From IMG/VR virus record IMGVR_UViG_3300032397_000006, positions 40,086-104,085 of that record: a DNA stretch of 64,000 nt. One strand, given 5' to 3'. Positions 10,501-19,085 of the stretch are shown in pieces (position 1 is the first letter of the stretch; each line of letters begins with the position of its first letter). The stretch comes from a virus. The position numbers and the translations under genes are program-made. The notes under the pieces are model-generated. The model did no database searches, was not told where the DNA came from, and saw only the letters and a program-made list of their open reading frames with translations.

Positions 10501-12750
10501 AGTGTTCTGCGCTGCCGGCGTGCGCACGCCCTTACTGTCCTCGTAGAAGTAGTTATGCCCGCCCTTACCATCGGGCTCACGGCGAATGTATTTGTGTCCC
10601 GGGCGCTCGCTGCCTTCGCTCTTTTTCAGTTTGAATCTGGCGAGCACTTCTGGCTTGCGCATTACGCGCTCGATCGGACGCCCAAAACGGTCAGTATCTT
10701 CTCCCTCCTCGGATGATTGCGAGCCCAGCAGGAGGGCGTACTTTCCTTGATAGGCTTTTGCGTGATCTAATGCCCGCGAGACGTCGCTACCGTCTCGGCT
10801 ACCTAGATCAATTGCGCTAGTCCCGTCGAGAACATCATCCGTAGGTTCACCATCCTCCCAGCGGCGGGACTCTGCTAAAATAGAACCGACCTCAGGTGGA
10901 TCTGCGTCGTCAACAATGCGCAAGCCGATCGTATGAAATTCAGGCGCATATTCTTTCAGTATCGACTTCACGGCGTCTATGTGCAACGGCGAGATGTCAG
11001 TTCTCTCGCGCTGCTTGAGTCTATCTTCGAATTGGAGGTCGGAGAATTGCCGCGTAGGCGCGAGCTCGCGCACTTTCGCAACATGCTCGCGCAGCTGATC
11101 GAGCGACATCGCGCCTTCATCGAAAGTCGCGAATAAATCGAGGCTCAAGTCGAGCGCGAGGTGCGGCTCAATCTGAAAATCAATTGCGCGTAGCCCTTTG
11201 ATCTTGGTGTTGAGCTCTGCTGCTGCACGCTTACCGATCGGCTGCACGTAGCCGATATCGATCATCTTCGGTTTATCGCCCTCGATCACGAATGAGTTTT
11301 CCTTGAATTCAGGCGCTGTGAATTCGTGCTCGCGCAGCACCTTCGCAATCGTCTGGTGCGCCTCCCACAAGCCTTTCGAACCCCACCCCCCGGGTCTGCC
11401 CTCGACCTCAGCGCGCACGAGCGTGTCAGTGTCCGCGTCGTATTTTTCGAACGAGGGCACGAGGTCTTTCGTGCGCGGATCCTTGCTCAGCACCTCGAGA
11501 GCGTGCGCTTCATTCTTGCGCGAGCTCACGCCGCGGCGACCGACCTTGTACGCGGAGGCTCCATCCGTGAACACGATGCCCTCAGCGCCCGCCCCTAGCA
11601 GGCTCAGGGTGCCCGCTCTCGCGCCAGCCTTCACGGCACGTGCCGCAGCCTGCGGGAGCTCCGCGTGGACGGCGGCAGGCGCGTCCTCGAGTAACTTTGC
11701 GACGTCGACCTGTTCCGGGCGCTCCAACTTTTTCAGCGCTTCGGCCAGATCCTGATCAATGACCAGCTTACCGAAGGCGTCGGCATCCTTGCGGAGCGCG
11801 TGCGACATATCGATCAACTCGAGTGCGAATTTGTCCCGTTGCGCGTCTTGCTTCGGCGGGAACTTCAACACGTGTCGTAGCTGCGCTTCCCACTCATATT
11901 CGAGATTCGCGCCGCGAGGCGTGTAACGCTGTCCATTGCGTGCGTACAGACTCTCAAGTCCGTCGAGATCACTCTGCTGCGGAGACAGATGCCGGTAGCC
12001 GTCGTAGGGCTCCGCCTTGCCCGCCTTGCCTACGTCGAACATGAAGGCCTTACCGTCGTCATCGACACCGATCTGCGGCGTGTCGCCGAGCACGTAGCCG
12101 GCTTTGTGCATCGCGAGCACCGTATCGTGGGCCGCGTCGAGCTGCTCTAGCGTGAGCTTGTCGGGAATGCCGAGATAGCGCTTGATCGTGTAGCCGCGCC
12201 CGTCGTGCTCCACGAAGCGCTCAGGCAGTAGCCCGGGCACTCCGGCATCGCGGAGAGCTTGCTGTGTCTCGTGCTGCTCGCGTGCGACCTCGACAGCTTT
12301 CTGCGCTGTCTTGTACCAGGGGTTTGACGGCTGATAGGGGACAACCGTGCTGACTTTGACAACGTTGTCCCCTGACTTGAAAACAAGACCGTCGTCGCCC
12401 TTACCAAGAAACTCGGCAGTACCTCCGGTCACGGCGTCGATATCCGGATCTCCGCTTTTCTTATCGCTGACTACGCGGCCTTCTAAATCATCCTTGTACA
12501 TAGCAAGCGCGTCGTGCGAAATCTTGTGCCCGTAGCCAGGCACCGTCGCGTGAAAGCCGACGCTCGCGTGCGTGTCGTCGGAATCAAATACTTTCCATTT
12601 GAGCGTGCCGCGCATTCCGAGCTTTTCGTGCGGCGTAATGTCGATCTCATGCCCCGCTAAATAGCGATAGAGCCAGCCGCCCTTACCATCAGGATGGCGC
12701 TCGAGATACTTGTGCCCCTCTACGGTTTCGCCCTTGGCTGCCTTCTGCAT
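7498..12750 (-). CDS. 1750 aa polyvalent polyprotein: four GHKY..PDGKGG motifs; two kinase-like, ART-like, DUF3293-like, DarA_C-like and InPase-like domains
   Basis: FLGKGDDGLVFK..VVKV..FDVG; LLGAGAEGIVF..AYKV..MIDIG; IHRG..LSSWT..EGEEE; IISAGRN..EGHYG.REASF..FNQDSVI; RPIGT..PKG..RHGTVTY..L..YELQP; VENQAGSYR..DYGY..GTDGDHVDV..DEQKCMLGF. Confidence 0.85.
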   Translation of the reverse strand: MQKAAKGETVEGHKYLERHPDGKGGWLYRYLAGHEIDITPHEKLGMRGTLKWKVFDSDDTHASVGFHATVPGYGHKISHDALAMYKDDLEGRVVSDKKSGDPDIDAVTGGTAEFLGKGDDGLVFKSGDNVVKVSTVVPYQPSNPWYKTAQKAVEVAREQHETQQALRDAGVPGLLPERFVEHDGRGYTIKRYLGIPDKLTLEQLDAAHDTVLAMHKAGYVLGDTPQIGVDDDGKAFMFDVGKAGKAEPYDGYRHLSPQQSDLDGLESLYARNGQRYTPRGANLEYEWEAQLRHVLKFPPKQDAQRDKFALELIDMSHALRKDADAFGKLVIDQDLAEALKKLERPEQVDVAKLLEDAPAAVHAELPQAAARAVKAGARAGTLSLLGAGAEGIVFTDGASAYKVGRRGVSSRKNEAHALEVLSKDPRTKDLVPSFEKYDADTDTLVRAEVEGRPGGWGSKGLWEAHQTIAKVLREHEFTAPEFKENSFVIEGDKPKMIDIGYVQPIGKRAAAELNTKIKGLRAIDFQIEPHLALDLSLDLFATFDEGAMSLDQLREHVAKVRELAPTRQFSDLQFEDRLKQRERTDISPLHIDAVKSILKEYAPEFHTIGLRIVDDADPPEVGSILAESRRWEDGEPTDDVLDGTSAIDLGSRDGSDVSRALDHAKAYQGKYALLLGSQSSEEGEDTDRFGRPIERVMRKPEVLARFKLKKSEGSERPGHKYIRREPDGKGGHNYFYEDSKGVRTPAAQNTYAVSPDLGMSPAHKKKIAALAASMKGISHTDDAFADHSDESHVRNAWRNEWMTKTTPQLALIGKIARGRASADEKRTFAEAVTRASRISKKEIDDCEAMAIRQYAATQALFAAKGERTVRIHRGIAHDQGKALVEQAKQAQGGTVPVAVRSLSSWTSDHESAHDFGTQYATRGAVVTLDVPVEAVLFHAEHEADLGAYEGEEETLVMARDDLQVPAAAIQEAQGELGDPDPDAFKRHRISLPHETEKVEAEREARREAEKKSAKAAEKQKQAEWEAGAPAREAAAQAEREAAQAKRAAQDKVAAEQQQKLEVEQYHASKLPKAEREKMAKELLAKPGVISSIGQLDRHWRMWLGVDMKGNATRDDGDAPAVHPDTYAAVKARAEGTEKSMHIIPWGEAIRKAREGSEGERPGHKYVRRTPDGKGGWRYGYDLPGHPSDRPPRKPAGEVRLTRPQLDDLLEHGTYSIISAGRNGNDAREKDMSEDHAEFKARHERLRGELKKRKLRYTEVEGHYGSREASFIVHHESAKPQKSNAFMVHHDSPSEFGVMRALGKQFNQDSVIHSHRGAHEMHFTTGGHAGEHHKGKGYEYKPAAEDFYTRVETPGRPSKFALDFDWDKRHAFQDAVLKALLVLRKAAKGEEQAGHLYAERHPDGKGGWHYVYGMQNRPIGTFTAPKGFSSIGKHPAFRHGTVTYDAPLSKEDQRSYELQPIASPEGRKQAVSHAINALAEYREEYAELASEPGGRRMIEPAIRQAFARFGAHIEDSDDAITEVIDSLKAPLEKSRKLHRRRDFRGLKVSVENQAGSYRHWYDAHAKRAGKTKMVHDYGYVRRTQGTDGDHVDVYVGPDKMAPYVFVIDQLKSPDFVHVDEQKCMLGFSNLGAAVQAYQAHYDDPRFLGQVRAVAFEDFAAFVTDPSNHGALVKSYVVQRYSPSQESPDFEGIYGTVQTEKEVKASRRRRKALARRNSGKYAFHGAAPQKPSIRFNVREWATIRDAVETGKR

Positions 12751-13214
12751 GGGCGAGAGCGTAGCAAAAGGCCTGACACGCGTGCGGTTTGAATGTCAGG
12801 CCCGGGGGAAGCTGTTATGTAACCTCAACTGCCCGGCAATTAAAACAGCACACCGAGAACACCTGAGGGGCGGGCGCAACCCGCGCGCATAAACCCGGAG
12901 TAGGTTTTGCCCTAATGGCACAGCGCTTATATTGCCTGGTGTGTATGGATGCGGCAAACCGCGTTTCAGCGCGCGGGCGCAAGTGGCAAGTGACGTGGCG
13001 CGGCTGTGGGCTGATCTCGCAGTGCTGCGGCGTAGCTCGGTCTATTTTCGAAGGTGGCGGCAAAGCTCCCGCGAAAACGAGAAAGCAAATCAGCAGTGCG
13101 AAGATCAGCGCCACGCGTTGATCCGTACACGAAGGGAGGCTGCGCTGTCTAGTCGATCAGTACGGGCCGATTATCCCCGTGCGGTCTGTGTTAATTGCAG
13201 AGGCGTTTTTGCGT

Positions 13215-13976
13215 TCAGAGCTCGTCGAGCGCGATATGAGCCGCTTCGTGATCGGGCAGCCCTTGCGAGACGAGGCGGTAAAAATCACTCAGCAGTTTCG
13301 GCGCCAGTATGCGCGACGAGTAAGAAATCATGTAATCAGCCCACGTATCGTAATCGCTAGGCACCGTCGCAAATCCTGTCCATTCCATATGGCAGCCGCG
13401 GCAGTGGAAGCGCCCTACCGCACACGCGCTCGAGAGCGAGATATGAAGGCAGCGCTCGTAAAGCTCCTCGTGCAGATGCCGGTACTCGACTTCGCGCCCT
13501 TCGCTCAGCGCAGCCTTTATGGCCATTTGCATACCAGGAGAAACACCTCGATCCCTGTAAACAACGTGTGCCGCAGAGGCCGCACGAGCCCAGGCAAAGC
13601 CCGCATTCATACCCTGTGCACGCTCGCCCGGATCGAGATCGTCGAGCGCCTCTGTGTACATCTGGTGCGACGCGAAAGGGGCCTCGCCACGCAGGATGCT
13701 GTCTCGAATACAGCGCTGCAGATATTCCCTATTCGCTGCGACGTCTACAGCTTTATTCTCTGTCGCACCGCTCGCGTAGGGACTCTCGATCACTACGAGC
13801 CTAGGCACGCGCGGCACAACGAGCGTTTCGCTCGGCAGCGGTTCACCCAGACAGTTAACAGCGTGCGTCTGCTCCATCCGAGACAAGCGATAGTCAGGAT
13901 CGACGATGGAGTAGTAAATAGAGTTGCGACATTTTTTGCAGATGAAGTGAGCCATTACGCCTCTTTTGATAACCAA
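13215..13976 (-). CDS. DUF4406/nucleoside 2-deoxyribosyltransferase-like phage protein
   Basis: LVVIESPYA...RGEAPFASH..Y...LDD..P.ER..G...W...VY.D.GVSPGM pattern; start may be a few codons downstream. Confidence 0.6.
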   Translation of the reverse strand: MVIKRGVMAHFICKKCRNSIYYSIVDPDYRLSRMEQTHAVNCLGEPLPSETLVVPRVPRLVVIESPYASGATENKAVDVAANREYLQRCIRDSILRGEAPFASHQMYTEALDDLDPGERAQGMNAGFAWARAASAAHVVYRDRGVSPGMQMAIKAALSEGREVEYRHLHEELYERCLHISLSSACAVGRFHCRGCHMEWTGFATVPSDYDTWADYMISYSSRILAPKLLSDFYRLVSQGLPDHEAAHIALDEL

Positions 13977-14389
13977 TATTTTCGCACCACGCGAGGCGAC
14001 ACACCGAGCTCACGCCCCGCAGCGCGTGCCGAACCTGAGTGCACTCGGATCCTGCGAATAAGCGACGAGGGCAGTTTCTTGCACGCGCGCTTGTCCTCTT
14101 TCGATCGTGTGTTCTGGAATGACGCGGGTACCTTACGCGGCTGATCTGTACGCCCGTGCTCGAGCAGCCACGATGCCAAAGGCATGCACGCGAAACCCTC
14201 GTTGATCACCCAGCGTGTCTCGAAATCATCCTCGCTGATTAGCGCGGCGACCGGACGCACGACTACTTCGACACTTCCGCGTGTACCTTGGTAATGCCAG
14301 CCGAAACCATTTCGCACCGCGCACCATTCCCAGTCCGGAGCTCGCTCGCGAAGGTAGGCCGCGTTCACGGTATCGACTCCGCGTCCCAT
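13955..14389 (-). CDS. Hypothetical protein with C-terminal HTH
   Basis: GSARAAGRELGVSPRVVRKYW; start uncertain. Confidence 0.5.
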   Translation of the reverse strand: MGRGVDTVNAAYLRERAPDWEWCAVRNGFGWHYQGTRGSVEVVVRPVAALISEDDFETRWVINEGFACMPLASWLLEHGRTDQPRKVPASFQNTRSKEDKRACKKLPSSLIRRIRVHSGSARAAGRELGVSPRVVRKYWLSKEA

Positions 14390-14640
14390 ATAGGTTCGAA
14401 CGAAGTAATTCCTACCCTGAAACGATAAAGCTCGCCGCTAGCAGCACGCACTGATATCGGCTGTCCTTGCCCTTGCCCTGTGGCGATCTCCCTTCCGTGG
14501 TCAGCGCAATACAACTCCTCGCGCAGGCCCTCAGTATCCTGTTTTGCGTACGCGATCGCCGCGTCGTAGGGCTCCTCAACAAAAAACTCTTTCGCGTCCG
14601 ACTCGTCCGCATTTAGCTCATCCCACACTCGATAAATCAT
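14365..14640 (-). CDS. Hypothetical protein
   Basis: MIYRVWDELNADESDA...; ATG overlaps the upstream stop. Confidence 0.55.
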   Translation of the reverse strand: MIYRVWDELNADESDAKEFFVEEPYDAAIAYAKQDTEGLREELYCADHGREIATGQGQGQPISVRAASGELYRFRVGITSFEPIWDAESIP

Positions 14641-14954
14641 ACGCTCTGATTCCCTTCGCTCGGCATAAATGACAGATCGATAGCGCAATCGCCGTGCCCC
14701 ACTGAAAGCGTCCACGCAACGCGCCCGTGATTCTTTTTCTCAGAAGCACCCACGACAATAATCGCGAACGTGCGCGTGATAGCGGCGACGACAAGAGACG
14801 GATCGGCAACACGCTCAGCCCAGGGGACACAAATCAGATCCATGTCGCGCCCGAGTGTCCCGTGTATCGCTAACGCGTAACCATAGGAACGCGCGATCAC
14901 AGCGAGCTCCGGATAAAGCGCGCAGTACACGGGCGCGTAGGTCGGATCTTTCAC
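14637..14954 (-). CDS. Minimal nucleotidyltransferase-like phage protein
   Basis: GYALAIHGTLGRDMDLICVPW (hG[ST]x..DxD-like). Confidence 0.5.
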   Translation of the reverse strand: MKDPTYAPVYCALYPELAVIARSYGYALAIHGTLGRDMDLICVPWAERVADPSLVVAAITRTFAIIVVGASEKKNHGRVAWTLSVGHGDCAIDLSFMPSEGNQSV

Positions 14955-15190
14955 GGCTCGTCTCCCTGCTCCTCCGCTAGCTCGGCCTCGACTTGCGCGA
15001 GAATCCGATCGAGCAAGAGTTTCGTTTCCAGCAGCGCATTACGCTGCATGCTCGAACCCCACACTCCCTCAAGCGACGTCTGCGAAATGTAGTGCTGCAT
15101 TAATTCTTTCACTGATCCGAACACGTCAACCTTTACGGTGCTCGGACTGTGAATAATCAGAGTCACGTGACCTTGCTTGATCATTCCCAC
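14951..15190 (-). CDS. Hypothetical protein
   Basis: Coupled ORF within the operon. Confidence 0.5.
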   Translation of the reverse strand: MGMIKQGHVTLIIHSPSTVKVDVFGSVKELMQHYISQTSLEGVWGSSMQRNALLETKLLLDRILAQVEAELAEEQGDEP

Positions 15191-15194
15191 GGTA

Positions 15195-15395
15195 TTACTC
15201 CCATCCGATCGGCGCGCAGACGCACACCTGTTCGTACTGAGTCACAACAAATTCCGGACGCAGGCCTAGCGGGCATTTCGTACGCGCGCATTCGCGATGC
15301 TTATACGTCAAGCCCGCCACAGCACCGATTATCGCGACGATTAGGACGATCCAGATCGCGACGAAATACTTTTTAGTCGCTTGTACGCTGTCCAT
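15195..15395 (-). CDS. Small membrane protein
   Basis: N-terminal TM helix, Cys-rich tail. Confidence 0.55.
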   Translation of the reverse strand: MDSVQATKKYFVAIWIVLIVAIIGAVAGLTYKHRECARTKCPLGLRPEFVVTQYEQVCVCAPIGWE

Positions 15396-15407
15396 ACGGC
15401 GGAGCTC

Positions 15408-16052
15408 CTACTCGTTATCTAGTATCGCGAGCGCTGACAGTAACTGCACAGGCGCGTACGCAAATGAAACGACGTCAGCGTGAGACATAATGCGCCCTCG
15501 CAACGCGTGCCCCACACCGAGATCGAGCACGTCTACTTTGGTGCCTGATGGAGCTCCGCAAAGCGCGGGATCGGAGGTCACGAAATACGTGCGGCATGCG
15601 ACGGGACGCACCGCGTACACGCTGCACGTATTGTCCGGCCGCAAGAACACGCAGGCTTCGTTTTCCTCCCACCACAACGTGCACAGTGCGTCGTTCTTTT
15701 TCGTGTAGTCGTCGAGGTCTTCGGTGCTCGCCAATTCCGTGTCAGGATTATCGCCGAACGTCTTCGCGTAATGCGGCTTGAGCTTTTCGACTTGAGCTAG
15801 CAGCTGCTTTCGCTTCGCGCGTAGCTTGTGCGGATAGGCCGCTGCGATGGCGAGAGCTTCCTCCGCGCTGATCAGAATCAGCATCTTGCAACAGTGCGCG
15901 CAGCCTTTTGTACACGAGGGCTCGGCCTGCGCGAGCACCGCATCCATCGCAAGATCGGCGCGTAAGTATTCGTGCGTCAGCTGCTGTCCGATTATCGCCA
16001 ACGAGCGCTTTCTTGATTCAGGGACACCAGGAGCTTTCATGTGTCCCCTCAT
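15408..16052 (-). CDS. YkgJ/FliB-like CxxCxxCC cysteine-cluster protein
   Basis: CTKGCAHCC ... CVFL..DNTCSVYAVRPVACR. Confidence 0.8.
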   Translation of the reverse strand: MRGHMKAPGVPESRKRSLAIIGQQLTHEYLRADLAMDAVLAQAEPSCTKGCAHCCKMLILISAEEALAIAAAYPHKLRAKRKQLLAQVEKLKPHYAKTFGDNPDTELASTEDLDDYTKKNDALCTLWWEENEACVFLRPDNTCSVYAVRPVACRTYFVTSDPALCGAPSGTKVDVLDLGVGHALRGRIMSHADVVSFAYAPVQLLSALAILDNE

Positions 16053-16720
16053 AGCGCGTCGAGCTGCTTACTCTTGAATTGGCCAGGGTTGCTCCGCGGT
16101 GAGTTGCGGTATTTCTTGATCGTACTCTCTGCAACGCCGAGCTCTTTCGCCGCGGCCTTCACGGTGCCTTCGTGTTGTTTGATTTGCGTGATTAGCTCCG
16201 CAGACAGCACCTTGCGCGTGGACGCAGGTAGCTTGTGCCCCGTGACGGCACCGTGGCTCACGCCACGCTTAATGCAACCTACGTGCGCGGGAGACAGATC
16301 GTATTTCTGCCCGATCTCCTGCAGCGTCCCCTTTGCAGCGTAGATCTCGAGCACCTGTTTCTTGGTCAGCTTTTCCGGCATCTTTTCCCCCAATGTGGCC
16401 GCGAACGTCTTGTGCTGCTCTCCTACTGTCACCATTTTACCGAAGCGCCCACCGAGAGCAGCAAAGCGCAGCGCTATATTGTTGCCCGGGCCTGCCTGAT
16501 TTACGAACCAACCGACGCACACTTGCTCGGCACCCGCCTCTGTTTCGTGGCACGCCATTAAGCGTAAGGCGCCGTCGCTGTTATAACCGCGATTCTCTGG
16601 CGTCGCGATCGTGCGCACGAGCGCAGCGTGTTTCGTTGCGCAATAGTTACCCGGGATATCGCGCTCGGGAACAGTGCTCGTTTTCCACGGGCACGCTTTA
16701 CACTGCACGCGCGTTTTCAT
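16049..16720 (-). CDS. DUF6283-like Cys protein fused to HTH domains
   Basis: CKACPW..MACHET..CVGW; C-terminal TLQEIGQKYDLS and TVKAAAKELGVAESTIKKY. Confidence 0.55.
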   Translation of the reverse strand: MKTRVQCKACPWKTSTVPERDIPGNYCATKHAALVRTIATPENRGYNSDGALRLMACHETEAGAEQVCVGWFVNQAGPGNNIALRFAALGGRFGKMVTVGEQHKTFAATLGEKMPEKLTKKQVLEIYAAKGTLQEIGQKYDLSPAHVGCIKRGVSHGAVTGHKLPASTRKVLSAELITQIKQHEGTVKAAAKELGVAESTIKKYRNSPRSNPGQFKSKQLDAL

Positions 16721-16732
16721 TCGATCACCTCA

Positions 16733-16996
16733 CTAGGGACTCAAAACGCTGCGTACCGCGCAGTCCTTCGACTCCAGCAGCTTGCGCAACGCTACCGTCG
16801 CCTCAGCGTTGGCAGGCATTGTATCCGCCATCTCGTACGCGAGCTCGCAGTAAGGCCTACTCACTTCCTGCAGGTTCTTCGGCAAGTGCTCGTACTTAAA
16901 GAAGCTCAAAAGCTTCCGTACGACGGGGTTATCGGACGCACAACCATTCACCTTGTACAAATCCTCAACGCTTTGCTTTACATCATCGTTACTCAT
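16733..16996 (-). CDS. Small helical-hairpin phage protein (possible Acb2/Tad1-hairpin-like)
   Basis: FFKYEHLPKNLQEVSRPYCELA...EATVALRKLLESKDCAVRS; adjacent to the Tad1-like gene. Confidence 0.6.
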   Translation of the reverse strand: MSNDDVKQSVEDLYKVNGCASDNPVVRKLLSFFKYEHLPKNLQEVSRPYCELAYEMADTMPANAEATVALRKLLESKDCAVRSVLSP

Positions 16997-17042
16997 TCTG
17001 TCACCTTTCTACACTGCACGTCCTCATCGCTAAGCGTGCGCG

Positions 17043-17414
17043 TCATATAACGTTCGTGCCTTCCACACCGCGTGCCACGCGCGCCCTCGTTCGTTCCTGC
17101 AGCCAGCGCATTGCATTAAGCAAGCACGCGAGCACTTCGCGGTTATCCTCGCAAGCAAACGCTCCGGACTGAAATCCATCCATGCGATCAATAAGGATCG
17201 CTAAAAGCGCTTCGTTCGTAACGCCGTTGACGCCGACTTCCTTGATCGGGCCTCGCTGGAACTCGATGTCGCAGCCCTGAGGGTCGCCGTGCTTAGGCTG
17301 AAACCGAACCTTGTAGACGTGGCTCGCGTTGCCGTACTGCTCATCGCGCGCGTCCGCAATGATCGTGATCGCCTCGTTGCAGGCGTTGCTTTTATGTGAC
17401 GTTACTTCGTGCAT
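17043..17414 (-). CDS. tad1: Tad1-like anti-Thoeris/CBASS nucleotide sponge
   Basis: GNASHVY...IEFQRGP..E.GVNGV..EALLAILIDRMDGFQSGAFACEDN...AMRWLQERTRARVARGVEGT matches the Tad1 signature over its full length. Confidence 0.8.
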   Translation of the reverse strand: MHEVTSHKSNACNEAITIIADARDEQYGNASHVYKVRFQPKHGDPQGCDIEFQRGPIKEVGVNGVTNEALLAILIDRMDGFQSGAFACEDNREVLACLLNAMRWLQERTRARVARGVEGTNVI

Positions 17415-17439
17415 TACTCGAGTACCCTTTCGCTATGGC

Positions 17440-17676
17440 TTACGGCATCACTCCCACAGACACGATCTCCGCGTAGCCCTGTGAGCGGATCGCGTGCTCT
17501 GCGAATTTCGCTCCGTGGAATACGCGCACGACATAGCAGCCGTCGCGACGCTCGGGCCCCTCAGGCGTCCCGCAACCCACGACGCGCGCCATACATACAG
17601 GCAGCATGGTTAGCGTCGCGTCGAGCGCATCAGGATTCGCCACGCGCACCAAGATCTCTACAATTTCATCCGCCAT
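17440..17676 (-). CDS. Hypothetical protein
   Basis: MADEIVEILVRV... downstream of a promoter and a GGGGTG RBS. Confidence 0.55.
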   Translation of the reverse strand: MADEIVEILVRVANPDALDATLTMLPVCMARVVGCGTPEGPERRDGCYVVRVFHGAKFAEHAIRSQGYAEIVSVGVMP

Positions 17677-17697
17677 ACGCACCCCGCAATTTCGGCG

Positions 17698-17726
17698 GTT
17701 ATCGCGCGCAAGGGTAAGCTTGTCAA
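17698..17726 (-). promoter_or_regulatory. Sigma70-like promoter TTGACA-N17-GATAAC (one half-site of the repeated operator)
   Basis: Minus strand TTGACAagcttacccttgcgcgcGATAAC upstream of the 17676 ATG. Confidence 0.6.
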
Positions 17727-17920
17727 GCTGCGTGATTGCGTAGCAGGGCAAGCGCCTACGCATTCGCTACGCAATCTTTACGGGCCGCGCCTGCGCTGCG
17801 TGTACGCCTCATAGAGGCGCAGCGCGACCTTGAACAGGGCAGCACTCGCCCGCGAGCCTAGGGCGCCTGCAAGGAACAGCGCGAGGGCAAGCAACGCGTA
17901 CAAAAGCCAGTCGTGCACTG

Positions 17921-18562
17921 TCAGAGATTCCACGCTCGTGCCTCCGCGCTATCGCGCCCTCCGGACATCTCCCACACAAAAGCGTTCGCGTGCAGCACGT
18001 CGCCGTCTGCGGCCAGCCCCGTGCACATTAATAGCACGTGCAAAGTCTCGTGCCGGATCGACGAAAGCACGTGCGTATTGTCTGGCGCGAGGTGCGCCGT
18101 GTAAACGACCGCTTGCCACGGTGCGTGGCTGAAAACCGAAGTTATGCAGCTCGTTGCACGCAGCGGATCGTCGTGCCTCAGCGCAGCAGCACACGTCTCT
18201 GCAAATGCCATGGAGTTGAGCTCACGCACAACGCGCAAATCGTCAATGCAGCTCGACCTTGGCATCGGGAGGCCTACGGCAAGCCACGCGTTACGCGCCG
18301 AAATGATCGCTGCTGTGTCCTGAATATCGCGCTCCGGTGTACAGCTCTCGAGCAGCACGATCACGCACACGAGAAACACGAACGCAGCGAAGGCCCACAC
18401 CAGGCGGCGCACACGTTGAATGCGTTCACGCTCGCGCTCACGAAGTTGAGGGTGTTCGAACAGCACGCGATTACGGGCAGCGTTTCGAGCTCGGCGCCGT
18501 TCGAATTCATTCGTCGACAGTCGAATCGCGCGCAGTGCTCGCTCTCGTTCCGGACGGCTCAT
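17921..18562 (-). CDS. Membrane-anchored protein with HExxH motif (putative zinc metallopeptidase)
   Basis: TM segment LVWAFAAFVFLVCVIVLL; IRHETLH..L...DGD..H. Confidence 0.5.
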   Translation of the reverse strand: MSRPERERALRAIRLSTNEFERRRARNAARNRVLFEHPQLRERERERIQRVRRLVWAFAAFVFLVCVIVLLESCTPERDIQDTAAIISARNAWLAVGLPMPRSSCIDDLRVVRELNSMAFAETCAAALRHDDPLRATSCITSVFSHAPWQAVVYTAHLAPDNTHVLSSIRHETLHVLLMCTGLAADGDVLHANAFVWEMSGGRDSAEARAWNL

Positions 18563-18571
18563 GATTCCCCC

Positions 18572-19069
18572 TCAGTCGTCATAGGCAGCACGCAGTAGTT
18601 TACGCGCAGTGTGGAGCCTCGAGTACACGGTGCCTACCGGGATATCGAGCTCTGCCGCGATATCCTCGCACGTGTAGCCCATGGCAAACGACAGCAGCGC
18701 GTCTCGGTAGTGTGCGGGTATCGCGTCGAGCTCCGCACGTAGGCGCGCTACGGCTTGCTCTTGTCCTAGCTGCGCGTCCTGTGATGGCGTGCTGGCGACA
18801 CGGTAGCGTGCGTAGCTCATTTCGCTGAATATCTTACGCTGTCTTGCTCGCCGCATATTCGCCGCGATTCGAATTGCGATAGCGCCAAGCCACGTGCGCG
18901 GTGCTGCAGCGCCTGGGCGATATCCGCCGTAGTGATTCGCCACAATAAACACGGACTGCACGCCGTCGTCGACCGCGGACGGGTGCACGCCTGAACGCAA
19001 CAGTAAGGCCGCAACGTAGTGCGAGTGCTGCCGGAATAACTGCCCCGCGTCTGCGGCTGCGTGTTCCAC
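18572..19069 (-). CDS. ECF (sigma-24-type) RNA polymerase sigma factor
   Basis: Region 2 DDGVQSVFIVA..RTWLGAIAIRIAAN; region 4 GYTCEDIAAELDIPVGTVYSRLHTARKLLR. Confidence 0.85.
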   Translation of the reverse strand: MEHAAADAGQLFRQHSHYVAALLLRSGVHPSAVDDGVQSVFIVANHYGGYRPGAAAPRTWLGAIAIRIAANMRRARQRKIFSEMSYARYRVASTPSQDAQLGQEQAVARLRAELDAIPAHYRDALLSFAMGYTCEDIAAELDIPVGTVYSRLHTARKLLRAAYDD

Positions 19070-19085
19070 AGCTGCAAGAGTAACA

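Larger units (their letters stand above)
870..12740 (-). repeat. Dispersed coding repeat (~75 bp; G-E-x-x-G-H-K-Y-x2-R-x-P-D-G-K-G-G-W-x-Y-x-Y), 12 copies here plus one at ~25830-25905
   Basis: Copies at ~870, 3015, 4322, 5522, 5915, 6191, 6774, 7325, 8518, 9211, 10543, 12661 and 25831; + strand core ccagcc(g/t)cccttacc(a/g)tc. Confidence 0.95.

Noticed and set aside
12815-13114. 99-aa ORF with a hydrophobic N-terminus upstream of the polyprotein
   Set aside because: It may be real but support is weak, so it was not called.
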